Shown: positions 1 to 9,962, counted from the first letter of the stretch. The stretch is DNA of 64,000 bases from Candidatus Levybacteria bacterium RIFCSPHIGHO2_01_FULL_41_15 (GCA_001782165.1 MFNV01000009.1:122283-186282); one strand, 5' to 3'. Program-made: numbers and translations. The notes: generated from the letters alone by a model not told the origin.

Positions 1-335
1 AATCGAATCTTGACTTTCCTTTTTTCTGTAGATACTTTTCAAAAACAAATTGTGTCTCAAACCCTGCGTGATCTGCTCCGGCAAGCCATAAGGTTGGACT
101 GCCTTTCATGCGGTGAAACCTTATAAGAATATCTTCAATAACATACATCGCGTGCCCGAAATGAAGGGGAGCATTTGCATTGGGAGGAGGAAGAATTATG
201 GAAAAAGGTTCTTTTTCTTTATCGATTGTTGACGCAAAATATCCTTTTTCTTCCCAAGTTTTATAAATCTTTTCCTCTGTTTTTTTGTGATTATAAACTT
301 TATCCACGGAGTTATTTTATCACAATTTGTCCTTT
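1..335 (-). CDS. valS: valyl-tRNA synthetase, 5' fragment (gene continues past window start)
   Basis: Minus-strand frame open from the window edge to 341. It translates ...IERTNCDKITPWIKF...LFSIILPPPNANAPLHFGHAMYVIEDILIRFHRMKGSPTLWLAGADHAGFETQFVFEKYLQKKGKSRFD. The PPPN..LHxGHA HIGH block and the G(T/A)DHAG..TQ block are ValRS-like. No in-frame ATG/GTG/TTG lies upstream; the N-terminus aligns with an ATT codon at 333-335. Confidence 0.55.
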
Positions 336-404
336 CAATATTCGAAAATTAGTTGAACAAATATTATAGGTTCGAAAATTCTTTTGAAAATGGCAGAGGA
401 AAAG

Positions 405-3080
405 TTATTTGTTAAAAACGAAATTTAAGCTTTGATCGGTTCTAATATTATCGGAAAATATAATCTCTTTTTCACTCTGTTGCACCTTGGAGGATGAGGA
501 AACAAAATTAAAAGAGGACGGATAGGAAAGCATAAAATTAAAAGGGTACTTTTCTGTTCCGGGCTGTTTAAATATCTTAAGATTGTAATTAATTACGGCT
601 CTATCCTGAGAAACTTTGGCAAGATGAACATAGGACACCTTAATACTTTTAGATTTTCTTAAAGGAACAATAGTTAAAAATCCGTAAATAGTTTTTCCTA
701 ACTCATCTTTTTTTTCTACCTCCAGCGCTTTCGGAGGCTTGAAGTTTTTTGCCTCGTAAAGTAATGGGTCTGTAACAGCGTTCACTATATTTTGAGAAAC
801 CCCATCGATGGCGATTGAGGACAGAGAAATTCCTTGGGGAAGAATTATTCTAAGATAAGTTTTATAGTCTCCTCCGGGCCATGAATCCGATTCGTTTCTA
901 AAATCCAAAGAAAGATCCGATTTAACTATCCCATCACTTTGGATCTGAGTATTTAAACTAACACTTCTTCCTATAAAAGCATTGGCCTTATTTACACCAA
1001 GATTTGCCTCATTAATACCAATAAAATCATTTATAGTCCCTTCCTTTTCTTCTCTTTCTTCCCACAAGGAAGAAGACCATCCATTGACAATTGAAATGTT
1101 CTGAATATTTGGATTCGAAAAAGCAAATATAATATGTTTTTCTTCAATAGAATCTGAAACAGATTTAAAAAGAGAGAAATAAGGAAGATTTTTTCTTTGC
1201 GAAATGTTGTTCTGAAGTGCTTTAAACAACGAATTCAAAAAATCTTTTTTTTGAGCTGAAGAAGGAAAAGAGTTTTTCTCTACATGAGATTCAGTAACTT
1301 TAAAAAAGTTTTCAGAATTGATTGTCTCATTGTAGTCGGCGACTTTAATAGGCCCCAAAACACTTATCAAATTTTTTATAAAAGAGACGTCTACTCCTAT
1401 AACGGCATCTACCTTCTTCCCTGTCTCTTCAAAAAAAAGAAAAGCAGAATCAGAAGCTGCTTTTGGGAAATCTATGTCAAAGTTACTGTCCCTTAAATAC
1501 CAGTGGACCGAAGGAAGGTATCTTCGTATCGGATAGGGGGGTTCGATGTGTCCTTTAAGTTGTCCGTCTGCATCATAAACATCATGAATGGAAAAATCCG
1601 AAAGCTTTCCTTTATCAAAAGACAGTATCCCATAAGATCCTATAAATCCGCCCGTTGGCCTTATTTCCATATTATTTTGAAATAGCACAAGATAATCTTT
1701 TTTACTACCAGGATCAATAAGATAGTAAAAAGCTTCCTGAGAATTAAATACAATATTAAAAATCGAAGAGTAGTTTCTAAGCTTTGTAAGATAATCCTTG
1801 GGGATATTTCTCTCAAGCTCTACCTCTTTAAGGACGCCAGCTGCCCTTCTAATATCCGAGAGCGAGGCTAGCAGCTCATCTTCAGGCAATTGCGATTTAC
1901 CAAGAAGAATCCTTTCCATTCCATCCGCTGCGTCCATAAATTGAGAAATCCCCTCTGATAATTTTCTTACCCCTTTTACATTATCTTTTAAATTTTCTGC
2001 TTTTGCGGAAAGTCCCAGCAATACAGTTTCTTTTTCAAGAATATAGGAACTTCCCTCTGCAAATTTTAGAAAACCACTGGAGATTAAAAGAAACTTCCTC
2101 GCCTGACTAATATTTCCTTGTTCTAAATTATTTATAAAATTGTAAAGCCCCATCCCTCCAAGCAGATAGGAAGACGCTGTTGAGACAAGTGGAAGAAGAA
2201 AAAGAAATATTAAAAGTGTGAAAAAAAATGAATGTTTTTTAAAAGAGAATTTTACTGTTTTTATCGGCAGACTCTCCAGTTGAGCATCTTTGGGAAGATC
2301 TTTTATTGCAAAACTTGCCTTTTTAAATTTTTCTTCAAGATTATATTTTTCATCAATAAGAAATTCTCCGGCTCCGGGAATTTGCGGTTCTTGGTATTTT
2401 CTTTTTTCATCAAAATCTATCGAAAGTCCCGGATCCCTTCTTTTGAGAATTTTGAACAGAGACATGAAGGTTACCGGGTTTTTTGGAAAAAGAAAAAATA
2501 CCTGAGATTTTCTTAACCCAAATATTGCTTCTATTAATCCCTTTATCGTATCCTCAAAATATATCGGGAAAACCTTCCCCAACCCATCACCGGGAATAAC
2601 TAATTTACCAGATTTAATAGTCCTTTTTATAAGCTCCTCAACGGGATTATCAAAAACAAAATTCTGATCTCCGAAGACATCTCCCAACAATACAACTTTT
2701 GCTTTTTTATAGGAATTTTTTATTTTCCCAATCAGTTCTTCGGAAAAACTTGATACATGAGAAGCAAAAATAAGAACCGAATCATCATTTTTTGCCTTCT
2801 TTAAAAAAAGCGGGAAAGATTCTCTTAAAGAAAAGTCTTCATAGTCTATTAATACTATATAAGAATAAATGTTGTCCGGTATTTCGGGAAACTTCTTATT
2901 GTATGGAACATGAATAATATTAAGGTCAGAAGAGATAGCTTGATAATTACTACTGACAAATACTACCAACAAATCCCTGGCAAGTTCTTTGGAAAGAATT
3001 TTACCTATTACGCCCTTCTTATCTACTATCAGAATAGGGTTGTTTTTCTCCTCTGAGGTAATTAGGGCAGACTTTCCCAT
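405..3080 (-). CDS. DUF4012-type membrane protein with N-terminal Rossmann-like domain
   Basis: 891-aa ORF. N-terminus ILIVDKKGVIGKIL is Rossmann-like, a central hydrophobic TM segment follows, and the C-terminal half carries the ...EIRPTGGFIGSYG... motif typical of DUF4012. Confidence 0.45.
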   Translation of the reverse strand: MGKSALITSEEKNNPILIVDKKGVIGKILSKELARDLLVVFVSSNYQAISSDLNIIHVPYNKKFPEIPDNIYSYIVLIDYEDFSLRESFPLFLKKAKNDDSVLIFASHVSSFSEELIGKIKNSYKKAKVVLLGDVFGDQNFVFDNPVEELIKRTIKSGKLVIPGDGLGKVFPIYFEDTIKGLIEAIFGLRKSQVFFLFPKNPVTFMSLFKILKRRDPGLSIDFDEKRKYQEPQIPGAGEFLIDEKYNLEEKFKKASFAIKDLPKDAQLESLPIKTVKFSFKKHSFFFTLLIFLFLLPLVSTASSYLLGGMGLYNFINNLEQGNISQARKFLLISSGFLKFAEGSSYILEKETVLLGLSAKAENLKDNVKGVRKLSEGISQFMDAADGMERILLGKSQLPEDELLASLSDIRRAAGVLKEVELERNIPKDYLTKLRNYSSIFNIVFNSQEAFYYLIDPGSKKDYLVLFQNNMEIRPTGGFIGSYGILSFDKGKLSDFSIHDVYDADGQLKGHIEPPYPIRRYLPSVHWYLRDSNFDIDFPKAASDSAFLFFEETGKKVDAVIGVDVSFIKNLISVLGPIKVADYNETINSENFFKVTESHVEKNSFPSSAQKKDFLNSLFKALQNNISQRKNLPYFSLFKSVSDSIEEKHIIFAFSNPNIQNISIVNGWSSSLWEEREEKEGTINDFIGINEANLGVNKANAFIGRSVSLNTQIQSDGIVKSDLSLDFRNESDSWPGGDYKTYLRIILPQGISLSSIAIDGVSQNIVNAVTDPLLYEAKNFKPPKALEVEKKDELGKTIYGFLTIVPLRKSKSIKVSYVHLAKVSQDRAVINYNLKIFKQPGTEKYPFNFMLSYPSSFNFVSSSSKVQQSEKEIIFSDNIRTDQSLNFVFNK

Positions 3081-3100
3081 TAGACCTATTTTAGGCTAAA

Positions 3101-3526
3101 TTATTCTTTGGTGCAAAGCGCCTTGTTGACCAACTTGTCCGCTTCCTTATTTTTTTCTCGAGGAATATAAGTATAAGCTATAGGTATATCGATTTCTCCT
3201 TCAAGTTGTCTTACAGAAAAGAGATGATCCCGAAGATTAGAATCTTTAATCTTAAAAAGACCGTTTAGCTGGGAGCACACCAAATTTGAATCAAGGAAAA
3301 AATTTATCTTGGAATAAGAGTCAAGAGTATCTAGATTTTTCCTAATCCACCTTAAAGCCTCGATAACGGCTCTGTACTCTGCTCTGTTATTGGTTGTTAT
3401 TTCTATTCTTGTCCCAAATTTTTCAACTACGCGGTTGTCCTTGTCAATAATAACTACACCTATGGCTGAAGGCCCCGGATTTCCTCTTGCGCCACCGTCT
3501 GTGTAAATACTTAAAACATTAGTCAT
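3101..3526 (-). CDS. rnhA: ribonuclease HI
   Basis: 141 aa with YTDGGARGNPGP and the conserved RNase H acidic residues. Confidence 0.85.
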   Translation of the reverse strand: MTNVLSIYTDGGARGNPGPSAIGVVIIDKDNRVVEKFGTRIEITTNNRAEYRAVIEALRWIRKNLDTLDSYSKINFFLDSNLVCSQLNGLFKIKDSNLRDHLFSVRQLEGEIDIPIAYTYIPREKNKEADKLVNKALCTKE

Positions 3527-4850
3527 ATTTTATTTTTGCAAAGTAAAGACTTAAGAAAAAAGTTAACATTAGCTGTCCTTGCTGGAGAGTTAGAAAATAA
3601 TGATCAAAAAATCCAATTATAATAATATAGAAAAAAGTTAATTTTATAAATAAGGGGGTTTTTTTATTAAAATTTTGTATTGTTTTAATAATAAACCAGA
3701 GGGAATATAAAAATCCAATAAGGCCGACCTTAAGAAAAACTAAAACAAAGATATTGTGAACAGGCTGAAGATAAAAAATATTTCCTAAGACTTTGGAATC
3801 AGTAAAATAATTATTAAGTCCGTGTCCGATTATCGGGCTTTCAAGAATTTTTTGAAAAGCTGAAACCAAAAGCTCACTTCTTAAGACAAATGATTCGTCA
3901 AAAAAAGAAGTTTCAAAAAATCTTAGGTAAAATGGTGTATAAAAAATAAAAGAAACAACTATTGAAAGTGCCAAAAGGGAGGAAATAATAATTTTCTTAA
4001 ATTTTTCTTTGTTTTTTTTAAAGGCAAAAATAGCTATAGTTAAAAGCCAAAGGATAAAAGGAAATCTTCCTAAAGACAGAAGAATCCCTAAGGACCCTAA
4101 AATTAAAGAAATTAAATAAATATTTTTTATTAATTTATTTCTTCCCTCCATATTAAATAAAATAAGCGTCATAAAAAGAAGAAGATACCCTGCCAATACA
4201 TTGGGATGGGGGAATGTGCCATAAGGCCGTAAAATTAAATCTCCTCCCAATGAGGCATTGGCTATTCCGGGAGTTTGTCCTGTAAAACTTCTTTCCCCGA
4301 ATAAATAAAAAAATCCCCCGAGTGATTTTTGATTTAGATACTGAAAAATGGAAAGGGAGGATTCAAATATTATTCCAACAGAAAAGGCAGACAAAATCTT
4401 TTCAAAACTTATTTTTTTAAGAATATTTACAGAATAAAATCCCAAGAAAACAAACTCAAAAAACTTAATTTCTCCGTAAAATCCCGCCAATACATTTTCT
4501 GAAAAGACCGAAGTGAGGGCCAAAAAAACAAAAATCAAACAAATATGCAAGATTTTATTTCTGTTTTTCCTCAGAAAATTCCCGAAATTTCTTTTTTTAA
4601 AAAAACAGAAAACAGAGATACAAAAAAGACATAAAATAAATACATCGGTTAAATAAAGAGTGGGCGATAGATAATCAACTCTGATTCCGAATAAATAAGA
4701 GAACCGAGGCCAAAAATGTCTTCCAAGCTGGGTAGGAAGAAAAAGAAGAATAAGAAAAAATAAGATTTTTCTTAGGTTAATTTTTCGGGCGGACAACCAG
4801 AGTTCTTTCTTTCCCTTCCCCGATTGATTCAGAAACAACCTCCTTATCAT
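3519..4850 (-). CDS. polytopic membrane protein, O-antigen ligase / polymerase-like (Wzy_C-like)
   Basis: 443 aa with more than 10 TM helices and a QPVHNIFVLVFLKVGLIGF loop typical of WaaL/Wzy-type proteins. The 5' 74 nt overlap jag, so the true start may be downstream. Confidence 0.4.
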   Translation of the reverse strand: MIRRLFLNQSGKGKKELWLSARKINLRKILFFLILLFLPTQLGRHFWPRFSYLFGIRVDYLSPTLYLTDVFILCLFCISVFCFFKKRNFGNFLRKNRNKILHICLIFVFLALTSVFSENVLAGFYGEIKFFEFVFLGFYSVNILKKISFEKILSAFSVGIIFESSLSIFQYLNQKSLGGFFYLFGERSFTGQTPGIANASLGGDLILRPYGTFPHPNVLAGYLLLFMTLILFNMEGRNKLIKNIYLISLILGSLGILLSLGRFPFILWLLTIAIFAFKKNKEKFKKIIISSLLALSIVVSFIFYTPFYLRFFETSFFDESFVLRSELLVSAFQKILESPIIGHGLNNYFTDSKVLGNIFYLQPVHNIFVLVFLKVGLIGFLYSLWFIIKTIQNFNKKTPLFIKLTFFYIIIIGFFDHYFLTLQQGQLMLTFFLSLYFAKIKYD

Positions 4851-5229
4851 CCTTTAAAAGAAGGTGGATAATTCTTCTTTCCCATGCTTTAAGAGCAGGA
4901 ACAATTATTTCTTTGTTTTCTGAAATAACTTTTTCTTTTGCTTCGTGTGCCATGCTCTTAAGCCATTCCTCTCTATTTTTTTTGTAATCTCCAACCTCAA
5001 GAGAGATTCTAAAAAACTTCCCCAATTTTTGAGAAATACAAAGAGATAAAATTATTTGAAGAGCTTCAAGAATATCTCCGTGTCTACCTATTACAATCCC
5101 TGAGTCCTGGGTCTGAAGGTTAATATTAAAAGACTCGTCATCGGCCTTAACTGAAACCTCTCCTTCGATTCCTAAGAGCTTGATCAGTTCTTCTGCTGTT
5201 TTTTTTACTGTTTTTTCTTCTTTTGCCAT
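4777..5229 (-). CDS. jag: Jag/KhpB RNA-binding protein (KH + R3H)
   Basis: 150 aa with GxxG KH-like IVIGRHGDILEALQ and a C-terminal R3H-like region. It sits immediately downstream of yidC, as in the rpmH-rnpA-yidD-yidC-jag operon. Confidence 0.7.
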   Translation of the reverse strand: MAKEEKTVKKTAEELIKLLGIEGEVSVKADDESFNINLQTQDSGIVIGRHGDILEALQIILSLCISQKLGKFFRISLEVGDYKKNREEWLKSMAHEAKEKVISENKEIIVPALKAWERRIIHLLLKDDKEVVSESIGEGKERTLVVRPKN

Positions 5230-6065
5230 AAACTCTCAAGGCCTCCAAGACCTGAAATTTGATATTGCTGTATGATACCAAAAACAGTAAAGGTATTCCA
5301 ATATAGAGACAGTCCAATAGGAAATTGATAAGAAAAAAAACCTATCATTAAAGGGAATATATATAGAGACTGTGACTGAAATGCAGAAGCAAAATCATCT
5401 TTTTTCTTTTTCTCCTGCCCACCCTGCTCTGCCGGAAGGCGCGTAGTAGGCAGGTTCTTTTCTCCTGAGGGAGGCGACGAGAGTGTCATCATTTTCGACT
5501 GTATAAATTGAAAAAGGGCTGTCAAAAGAGGGACCAAAAGAATCAGTGGTCCTGTCGTTGAAATCAAATGAGCAGGGTTTTGCCCCAAGGGCAGGCCAAA
5601 AAAGGAAGGGTCCCAGGTTGAAGTTAGTTTAAGAAAATCAAAATAAACTACCTTATTTATACTTGAAACAACAGACTGAGGACCAAGGGCTACGATTTGT
5701 GATAAAACCGAATAAAGCCCCCAAATTATAGGTATTTGAACTAGAACTGGAAGGCACCCAGCAGCAGGATTTACTCCGTGTTCTTTATAAAGCTTCATTG
5801 TTTCTTGCTGAAGCATCTTTGCATCATTTTTATGTTTCTCTTTTAATTTTGAAAGGTGGGGGGAAACCTCCTGCATTTTTCTTGATGCTCTAAGCTGGGA
5901 AGCGGTAAGTGGGTAAAGAATAAATCTTATAACTACAGTGAGACCTATTATTGAAAATCCTAAAGCATAGGGGGTATTAAGCAAAAAAAGAATCTTATAA
6001 ATACCTACAAGGGCATTTAAAATTGGCCAAACCAAAACAGTATTAAACAGCGATGGGTCTGTCAT
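5205..6065 (-). CDS. yidC: membrane protein insertase YidC (short form)
   Basis: 286 aa, multi-TM, YidC/Oxa1-like hydrophilic groove residues, and operon context. Confidence 0.8.
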   Translation of the reverse strand: MTDPSLFNTVLVWPILNALVGIYKILFLLNTPYALGFSIIGLTVVIRFILYPLTASQLRASRKMQEVSPHLSKLKEKHKNDAKMLQQETMKLYKEHGVNPAAGCLPVLVQIPIIWGLYSVLSQIVALGPQSVVSSINKVVYFDFLKLTSTWDPSFFGLPLGQNPAHLISTTGPLILLVPLLTALFQFIQSKMMTLSSPPSGEKNLPTTRLPAEQGGQEKKKKDDFASAFQSQSLYIFPLMIGFFSYQFPIGLSLYWNTFTVFGIIQQYQISGLGGLESLWQKKKKQ

Positions 6066-6273
6066 AAGTTTTATAGAAAGGCTGGCATTTCAAAAGTCGT
6101 CTGAGAGAAGATACCGATCCTTTTAAAATTCCTTCTTTCTCAATTGAAATCTTCGCATATTCTGAGCACGAGGGATTAAATCTGCAGGAGGATTTTATTC
6201 CCAAAACATTTTTAATAAAGATAGATAAAACATCCTGATAAAAAGTTATTAAAAAAAGAGTTAAACTCTTCAT
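6043..6273 (-). CDS. yidD: membrane protein insertion efficiency factor YidD
   Basis: 76 aa containing the CRFNPSCSEYA signature. Confidence 0.85.
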   Translation of the reverse strand: MKSLTLFLITFYQDVLSIFIKNVLGIKSSCRFNPSCSEYAKISIEKEGILKGSVSSLRRLLKCQPFYKTYDRPIAV

Positions 6274-6599
6274 TTGATAAGCCCTTCTTTCTTAAAGGAA
6301 TCTAAAACATCATTATAAATTTCACCTGTTGTTTGTCCGATAATATTTTTATTTAAAACAATCAGTAAGTCTTTTCCAGCTTTTATTTTTAGCATGTTTT
6401 TTTCTATACAACTTGCTACTTGCCTTCGTGCCCTATTTCTCAAAACAGCTCTTTTTTCTGTTTTCTTGGAAACTACTATTGAAAACCTGTCTATCTTTTG
6501 ATTGTTGTCTTTTATCTTTAAGACAAAAAAACGGGAAGAACTTTTTTTTGCGCCCTTAAAACTCACGTTCCTTGGGAGCCGGTGACCTCGAGAAAGCAT
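6270..6599 (-). CDS. rnpA: ribonuclease P protein component
   Basis: 109 aa, basic, with the RNR motif ...RNRARRQV... Confidence 0.8.
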   Translation of the reverse strand: MLSRGHRLPRNVSFKGAKKSSSRFFVLKIKDNNQKIDRFSIVVSKKTEKRAVLRNRARRQVASCIEKNMLKIKAGKDLLIVLNKNIIGQTTGEIYNDVLDSFKKEGLIK

Positions 6600-6600
6600 A

Positions 6601-6735
6601 TTATACCGTAATCCTCTTTCTTCCCTTTTTTCTTCTCCTTTTTATTATTTTTTTCCCGGAACGCGTTTTGTTTCTCTTTAAGAATCCATGCTTTCTTTTT
6701 CTCTTTAGTCTTTTTGTCTTTACCATTTTTTCCAT
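6601..6735 (-). CDS. rpmH: 50S ribosomal protein L34 (not in the ORF track, below the size cutoff)
   Basis: Minus-strand translation gives MEKMVKTKRLKRKRKHGFLKRNKTRSGKKIIKRRRKKGRKRITV*. This matches the L34 signature (KRxRxHGFRxRxxTxxGRxxxxxRRxKGRxxL). The listed ORF 6563..6757 is a different, spurious frame. Confidence 0.75.
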   Translation of the reverse strand: MEKMVKTKRLKRKRKHGFLKRNKTRSGKKIIKRRRKKGRKRITV

Positions 6736-6795
6736 ATAGATTTCTAAAGTATACCAAAAGGGAGGAATTTTTAATAGAAGGAAAAGGACATAGTT

Positions 6796-6832
6796 TTATC
6801 CACTTAATGTTCTTGACAAAAAGTTATCCACA
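6796..6832. promoter_or_regulatory. two DnaA boxes upstream of dnaA (TTATCCACT at 6796-6804, perfect TTATCCACA at 6824-6832)
   Basis: Both boxes were read directly in the 126-bp rpmH-dnaA spacer. Confidence 0.5.
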
Positions 6833-6861
6833 TAATTAAACTAGACTCCACCCCTAAATAT

Positions 6862-8208
6862 ATGATGCAGGATAATAATCAACTTTGGAAAATAATTCTT
6901 AATGAAATAGAAACGGAAGTTTCAAAAGCAAATTTTTTAACACTTTTTAAAAATACTTCTCTTTTGTCTTTTGAAGATAATGTTGCCACAATTTCAGCAC
7001 CCTCTACCATGGTGATTGATCTTCTTCAAAAAAGATTTTATCAAGTTATAAAAAAATCCCTTGATAAGCACCTAAAGGGAAATGCCAATATTATTTTTGT
7101 CCCAAAAGCTATAAACAAAAATGAGGACATTGGTATGGGCCCCCTTTTTGTGGAGGTTTCAAAAACTCCTCTTTTAATAGGACATTTACCCAAGGTCCGA
7201 AAAGACTATACTTTCGATACTCTTGCAGTATCATCAAGTAACCAACTTGCCTATGTTTCTGCTCAAAGTGTAGCCAAAAAACCCGGGTCCTCTTACAATC
7301 CTCTTTTTATATATGGTCCGGTGGGGGTTGGCAAGACCCACCTTATGCATGCCATAGCAAACCACATCTACAAAGAAACCCCTGGCAGAAAAATAGTTTA
7401 TATAACAAGCGAGGAATTTACTAACGAAGTCGTTGAGGCAATAAGAACCAATGACACGGCAAGAATGAAAAGGAAATTTAGAAACACTGATATTCTCATC
7501 ATAGACGACGTTCAGTTTCTTGCAGGAAAGGAAAAGATTCAAGAAGAACTTTTCCATACATTCAACACGCTGGTTGATAAGGAATCTCAAATTGTCTTAT
7601 CTTCCGATAGACCCCCCTCTGACATTAAAAAAATGGAGAAACGTTTATCTTCACGGTTTTCTGGAGGACTAACCGTAGACATTGAACCGCCAGACTTTGA
7701 GCTGAGAACAGCAATACTTCTTATTAAAGCAAAAAAATACAACTTTGACCTACCTATCGAAGTTGCAAAAACAATCGCCGAAAAAATTCTTGACACAAGA
7801 AGTCTTGAGGGAAATCTTTTAAGACTTATGACAGAAATGGAGGCACAAGTTTCTCCGATTGATGTGCTTTTAGATAAAATATTAAAAGGCGAAACACAAA
7901 TAGAGCCTTCCTACCATCACCCTGATGAAATTATCAAAAATCTTTGTAATTTTTACAGAATTAAACCGACCCAAATAAAAAGCCAAAAAAGGAGCGCATC
8001 TCTGGTAAGAGTAAGACAGATAGCAATGTACCTTTTAAGAAAAGAGTTGGGTCTTTCTCTTGTTGAGATAGGAAATATCCTAGGAGGAAGAGATCATACT
8101 ACCATAATGTATGGGGTTGACAAAATCGAAAATCTTTTGGTGGGGGAAGGGTTTTCTGATGAAATCAAAAAGGTTGTTCATTTTAGCAAAACAGGTCGCA
8201 CAAATTAA
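6862..8208 (+). CDS. dnaA: chromosomal replication initiator DnaA
   Basis: 448 aa with Walker A GPVGVGKTHL, the DDVQFLAGKE box, and the C-terminal DnaA DNA-binding signature. Confidence 0.95.
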   Translation: MMQDNNQLWKIILNEIETEVSKANFLTLFKNTSLLSFEDNVATISAPSTMVIDLLQKRFYQVIKKSLDKHLKGNANIIFVPKAINKNEDIGMGPLFVEVSKTPLLIGHLPKVRKDYTFDTLAVSSSNQLAYVSAQSVAKKPGSSYNPLFIYGPVGVGKTHLMHAIANHIYKETPGRKIVYITSEEFTNEVVEAIRTNDTARMKRKFRNTDILIIDDVQFLAGKEKIQEELFHTFNTLVDKESQIVLSSDRPPSDIKKMEKRLSSRFSGGLTVDIEPPDFELRTAILLIKAKKYNFDLPIEVAKTIAEKILDTRSLEGNLLRLMTEMEAQVSPIDVLLDKILKGETQIEPSYHHPDEIIKNLCNFYRIKPTQIKSQKRSASLVRVRQIAMYLLRKELGLSLVEIGNILGGRDHTTIMYGVDKIENLLVGEGFSDEIKKVVHFSKTGRTN

Positions 8209-8343
8209 CAGACCTGCGGGTTCTTAACCCTTTATCCCCCTTTTTTTCAACAGTTTTTCCACATTTTTAAACAGTCCCGTCTTGCTTTTTTCCACTTTTC
8301 CATATAGACTACTACAACTACAAATATTAATATAGTTTTAAAA
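8209..8343. promoter_or_regulatory. dnaA-dnaN spacer: candidate oriC segment
   Basis: Two DnaA-box-like 9-mers, TTTTCCACA at 8255-8263 and TTTTCCACT at 8288-8296. They are followed by an AT-rich stretch (catatagactactacaactacaaatattaatatagttttaaaa). A hairpin plus T-run after dnaA looks like a terminator. Confidence 0.4.
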
Positions 8344-9456
8344 ATGAAGGCCTCTTTCCTTTGTGAAAATGTAGACAAAAAACTTTCCTTTGTAAACCAT
8401 GCGGTTTCTCAAAGATCCCAGTTACCAATTCTTTTGAATTTTCATATTCAAGCAAAAAAAGGAAACCTTATAATCAAAGCGACCGACCTTGAAATAGGAA
8501 TTCAAGTGAGTATCCCAGCAAATGTTGAACAAGAAGGAGAAGCAACGGTTCCCGCGAGAGCTTTTTACGATCTTCTTTCAAACGTCCAGAAGGGGATAAT
8601 TTTTCTTGCGACCAAAGACAACAATCTGATTTTTGGGACGGATAAAATAAAAACCGTTTTTCAAACAACGCCCGCCGGAGAATTCCCAAAGATATATGAA
8701 GAAAAAGGGGGGAAAATTGCGACCATACCGGAGGAAACAATCGAAAAAGAATTTTCCTCCGTTGTGTTTGCCGCATCACCCGACCCCGGAAGACCTGCCC
8801 TATCGGGCGTTCTTATTAAAAAGATTAGCGGAGGAAAGGAGGGGTTTTTGATGGTAGCAACGGACGGGTTCCGCCTGTCTTTAAGGGGAACCCAGAATAA
8901 AAACACAGAGAGCGATGGGGGTTTTGTGGTTCCTGCACGAATTATAAAGGAGCTTTCCTTTATGAAAGACAACAAAGACGTAGGGGTTTATGTTTCCAAA
9001 AAAGGCAATCAAATCCTGTTTGAGCAGGAGGGGAGCATTTTGGTGGGAAGACTCATTGAGGCAAAATTCCCAAATTACCAGAAGATAATCCCCCAGGATT
9101 TTTCAACAAGAGCGGAATTTGATAAAACTGAATTTCAGTCGGCTGTTAAAACCTGCGCTGTTTTTGCAAGAGAGGCGGCAAATATTATTAAACTTTCTAT
9201 CTTAAAAAATAAGATAAAAGTCTGGGCAAGCGCACCGTCTCTTGGGGAAACAGAAATTGATGTTGACGCAGAAGTTTTAGGAGAGGAGAATGAGATTGCA
9301 TTTAATGCAAGATATCTTCTTGAATTTTTATCAAACATAGAGGGAGAGGTGATGGTCTTTGAAATGGCAGGGCCACTAAATCCCGGAGTTTTTAAATTAA
9401 AAGACGACCCCAGCTTTCTTCACATCATAATGCCCATTCGTCTGCAGGCACAATAA
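8344..9456 (+). CDS. dnaN: DNA polymerase III beta sliding clamp
   Basis: 370 aa with a three-domain clamp pattern, positioned immediately after dnaA. Confidence 0.9.
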   Translation: MKASFLCENVDKKLSFVNHAVSQRSQLPILLNFHIQAKKGNLIIKATDLEIGIQVSIPANVEQEGEATVPARAFYDLLSNVQKGIIFLATKDNNLIFGTDKIKTVFQTTPAGEFPKIYEEKGGKIATIPEETIEKEFSSVVFAASPDPGRPALSGVLIKKISGGKEGFLMVATDGFRLSLRGTQNKNTESDGGFVVPARIIKELSFMKDNKDVGVYVSKKGNQILFEQEGSILVGRLIEAKFPNYQKIIPQDFSTRAEFDKTEFQSAVKTCAVFAREAANIIKLSILKNKIKVWASAPSLGETEIDVDAEVLGEENEIAFNARYLLEFLSNIEGEVMVFEMAGPLNPGVFKLKDDPSFLHIIMPIRLQAQ

Positions 9457-9461
9457 AAGCA

Positions 9462-9962
9462 TCAGTAATTTTCACAAAAACTTAAAGTTTTCCTGGGTGG
9501 GGCAAGATAGGGGTTTGGGACATATGGAGAGGTTACTTTAACTTCTAGTTGGCAAGCTTCCTCCCTTTTTACTCCAAGCTTTGTAATAAAAGCCATCTCC
9601 GCATTCAGTCTAGTCTGTGAGGAGGAGGTTGATATATTAATTATAAATTGACTAAATCTTGTTAAGTAAGCAATTTGGAAATCTCCTTCTTTGATAAAAA
9701 GCACGTCTCCTTCACTATTGGTTTGTATGGGGCTTTTTAGGAAATTATTTGTTTTGACACCTGAAATAATTATTTTATCTGATTGGGGGATTCTAGTTCT
9801 CTCCTCTATTTTTGTCGGAGTTGGAATCTCCCCCTCTTGTCTTTTGTGTTTTGAAGGAAAGAAGAGGGAGAGGAAAAAATAAATTAACCCTAGAGCAATT
9901 AGGGTTGAAAAAAGAATGATAGCAATTCTCTTCATAGACCTATTTAAAAACTTATACCACAC
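9462..9962 (-). CDS. small bitopic secreted/membrane protein, unknown (possible VirB8-like accessory)
   Basis: 166 aa with an N-terminal TM (IAIILFSTLIALGLIYFFLSLFF) and a ~120-aa ectodomain. It is adjacent to the T4SS-like hydrolase gene. Confidence 0.35.
   Translation of the reverse strand: MWYKFLNRSMKRIAIILFSTLIALGLIYFFLSLFFPSKHKRQEGEIPTPTKIEERTRIPQSDKIIISGVKTNNFLKSPIQTNSEGDVLFIKEGDFQIAYLTRFSQFIINISTSSSQTRLNAEMAFITKLGVKREEACQLEVKVTSPYVPNPYLAPPRKTLSFCENY

Noticed and set aside
175-369. 64-aa plus-strand ORF
   Set aside because: It lies antisense to the valS 5' coding region, has no motif and is AT-rich low-complexity. Considered spurious.
6563-6757. 64-aa minus-strand ORF (KKTKEKKK...)
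   Set aside because: It is in the wrong frame. The same DNA in another frame encodes a textbook L34 (rpmH, 6601..6735). This ORF also overlaps rnpA.
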